A stretch of DNA of 63,006 nt, filler included, from Syncephalis fuscata S228 (lineage: Eukaryota; Fungi; Zoopagomycota), in the NCBI GenBank assembly GCA_025786725.1. It is 4 parts of 4 records of this genome, joined end to end, with 100 filler letters (N's around TTAATTAATTAA, not from the genome) between each part and the next. Parts side by side here need not be neighbours in the genome. Positions count along the whole stretch, not along the records: positions 55,308 to 63,006 come from JAHLTZ010000322.1; 3 more parts are not named here. The stretch is one strand, 5' to 3'. The translations under genes and the position numbers were made by a program. Positions 61,052 to 63,006 of the stretch are shown here, piece by piece (position 1 is the first letter of the stretch; the number at the start of each line of letters is the position of its first letter). Under the pieces are notes generated by a model. That model ran no database searches, was not told where the DNA came from, and saw only the letters and a program-made list of their open reading frames with translations.

Positions 61052-63006
61052 CTAAGGACCGGCAGGAAGGGCAGCGATGGCAGGATTGGCACGTTCATAG
61101 CTCCATATTCTTGCGCGGAAGTCTCCTGAGCCGGTTGCAAATAGATTGCCTTTTGGACTAATTGCCACAGAAATTACTACATCATAGCATCAAATATATG
61201 CAATTAATAACAGCGATCATCACATTAGTCTAATAGCTTACCAGAATTTTTATGGCCATGAAGAACAAATAGTTTTTGCGCCTTAACCGGGTCCCAGAAC
61301 TGAACGGCTCGATCTTTACTACCGCTAATTACCCAGTTACCGCACGGCGAACAGGCAACCGATAGGACAAAGTCTTTGTGGCCGGTAAATGTTGTGGTAC
61401 AGGCGTTGGCTCCCGACCGGCTATTAGGCGTGGTGCCTCGTCCAAGTTCCCACATTTTAATTGATTTATCCAAAGAACCGGATACCAAGTGTTTGCCTAT
61501 TAAACAACAAACATTTAGTCGTTATTGAAGTAGTAGCGGTAGTAGTAGTAGTAGCAATCACTTACCATCCGGTGCAAATACTACCGAATACACAGAGTCT
61601 CGATGGCCTTCAAATCGTTCAACAAATTCACCTGTACGTGTTTCCCAGACACGCACCATACGATCTAGACTACCTGCAGCGACGTATTTACCATCTGGAC
61701 TAAAGGCAACGCTAGTAACGCCTGCATCTTTGCTGCCATGATCTTCCACAACCAGTGTGTGTAATAATCGGCCATTCTCTGCATCCCAGATGCGTGCCGT
61801 TCTGTCGCCACTACCGCTGACAATAAGTCGGCCGTCACATGAATAGTCCAAGGAGTAGATGTCCTGTGTATGTCCTTGTAATACAGTACGAATTTGTTTT
61901 GCCACAAGATCCCAAATCTATATAATTATAATTATAATAAATATTGTTACTATTAATACTGTTTAATTGAACCGTTCTATCAATTACTTACACGGATCTG
62001 ACGATCTTCAGCACCTGTAGCAATAAATTTACCATCTGGACTAAAGCATACGGATCGAATGTATAAATCGCCTTCACTTGACACCGACTCATCAGCTAAT
62101 ACACTAAAATTTAATTCACGTAATAGTATCAATATCGCTAATACTAATACACTATTAATAAGCACTATTTACCTAATTCGCTGCCCAGTAACAACATCGT
62201 AGATCTGTGCCGTTCGATTACATCAGTGGCCAAATACTTGCCATCGTGACTGAAATTAACGCAGCAAACCACACTATGCAAATAGATGATTCAATATTAG
62301 ATTTACGATAATTAAAGGTTTCTAGGACTACATGTTGGCGTCAACCTACCTAGAATGGTCTAATGTATGTACAAGATCAACATCAAGCAGTTTAGGCATT
62401 TTACTATTAAATCTATACAAGGCTAAATAAGTAATCCTAAGTTTATTGGATACATGTCCACTTACGCAATAACCCAATCTGACCCCTCACGACGCATACC
62501 ACTCTGAGTCACCTCAGTATCCATATCTACTGGTGTACGACGTACCACAGAAGAGGCCGATGATGGTGGCGGTGGCTGCTGTGACGGTATCGACGATGGG
62601 GGTTGCGAAAGTCTTGGTGTACCCGGATTATTGCCACGTCCGCTGTTTGGCCGTCCAGGCTGCTGTTGCTGAGAAGCTTGTGATGGTGGCATTTGTTGTA
62701 CACCATAGCCTATATAGAAATAGATATATAAATGGATACATTTTAACGCAATCTAAAGGCTTACCTTGAGATGGACCACCCATATGTGGTGTACTAGACG
62801 AGGCAGGGTAGCCATGAGATGGTGCAGCACCTCCCGATGAATGTTCACCATCAACACGGGGACGCTTTGCATATCCAGCTTGCAATTGCGCCTGTTGTGG
62901 CGTTAATTGTTGCGGCGCTCCCTGTTGTTGTTGTTGCTGCTGCTGCTGCTGCTGTTGTTGTTGTTGTTGCTGTTGCTGAGAGTGATAATAGCCAGCATGC
63001 TTGTTG
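61052..63006 (-). CDS. TUP1: Tup1 WD40 transcriptional corepressor, multi-exon; 5' end lies beyond the window
   Basis: [84 protein letters not shown]; Gln-rich linker. Confidence 0.96.

Overview
AT-rich eukaryotic DNA with short (~50-60 nt) GT-AG introns and fungal-type genes. It is most consistent with an early-diverging fungus; a Zoopagomycota such as Syncephalis is my inference only. The window is four contigs joined by artificial 100-nt linkers (44N-TTAATTAATTAA-44N at 26990-27089, 34331-34430, 55208-55307), so synteny across them means nothing. Contig 1 (1-26989) is a nest of three chromodomain-bearing Ty3/Gypsy families (A, B, C) plus older relics. It includes an ~11.3 kb near-perfect palindrome (8240-19515) made of two tail-to-tail family-B elements, one inserted with a TAATG target-site duplication into an inverted LTR of its own family. 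Families A and B share an initiator-tRNA primer binding site and an almost identically proportioned -1 frameshift slippery site plus H-type pseudoknot. The other contigs carry SYO1/HEATR3, a peroxisomal (SKL) malate dehydrogenase, MGR2/ROMO1, OGG1, a secreted GH18 chitinase, CHL1/DDX11, a CDK10-like kinase and TUP1. Less ordinary items are a macoilin-like TM domain fused to FN3 and a coiled coil, a secreted pseudokinase-like protein, a possible DEG/ENaC-like membrane protein, a tRNA-headed structured RNA or SINE, and a dispersed MITE family. Several 1-bp indels in otherwise intact genes point to consensus errors in the assembly.
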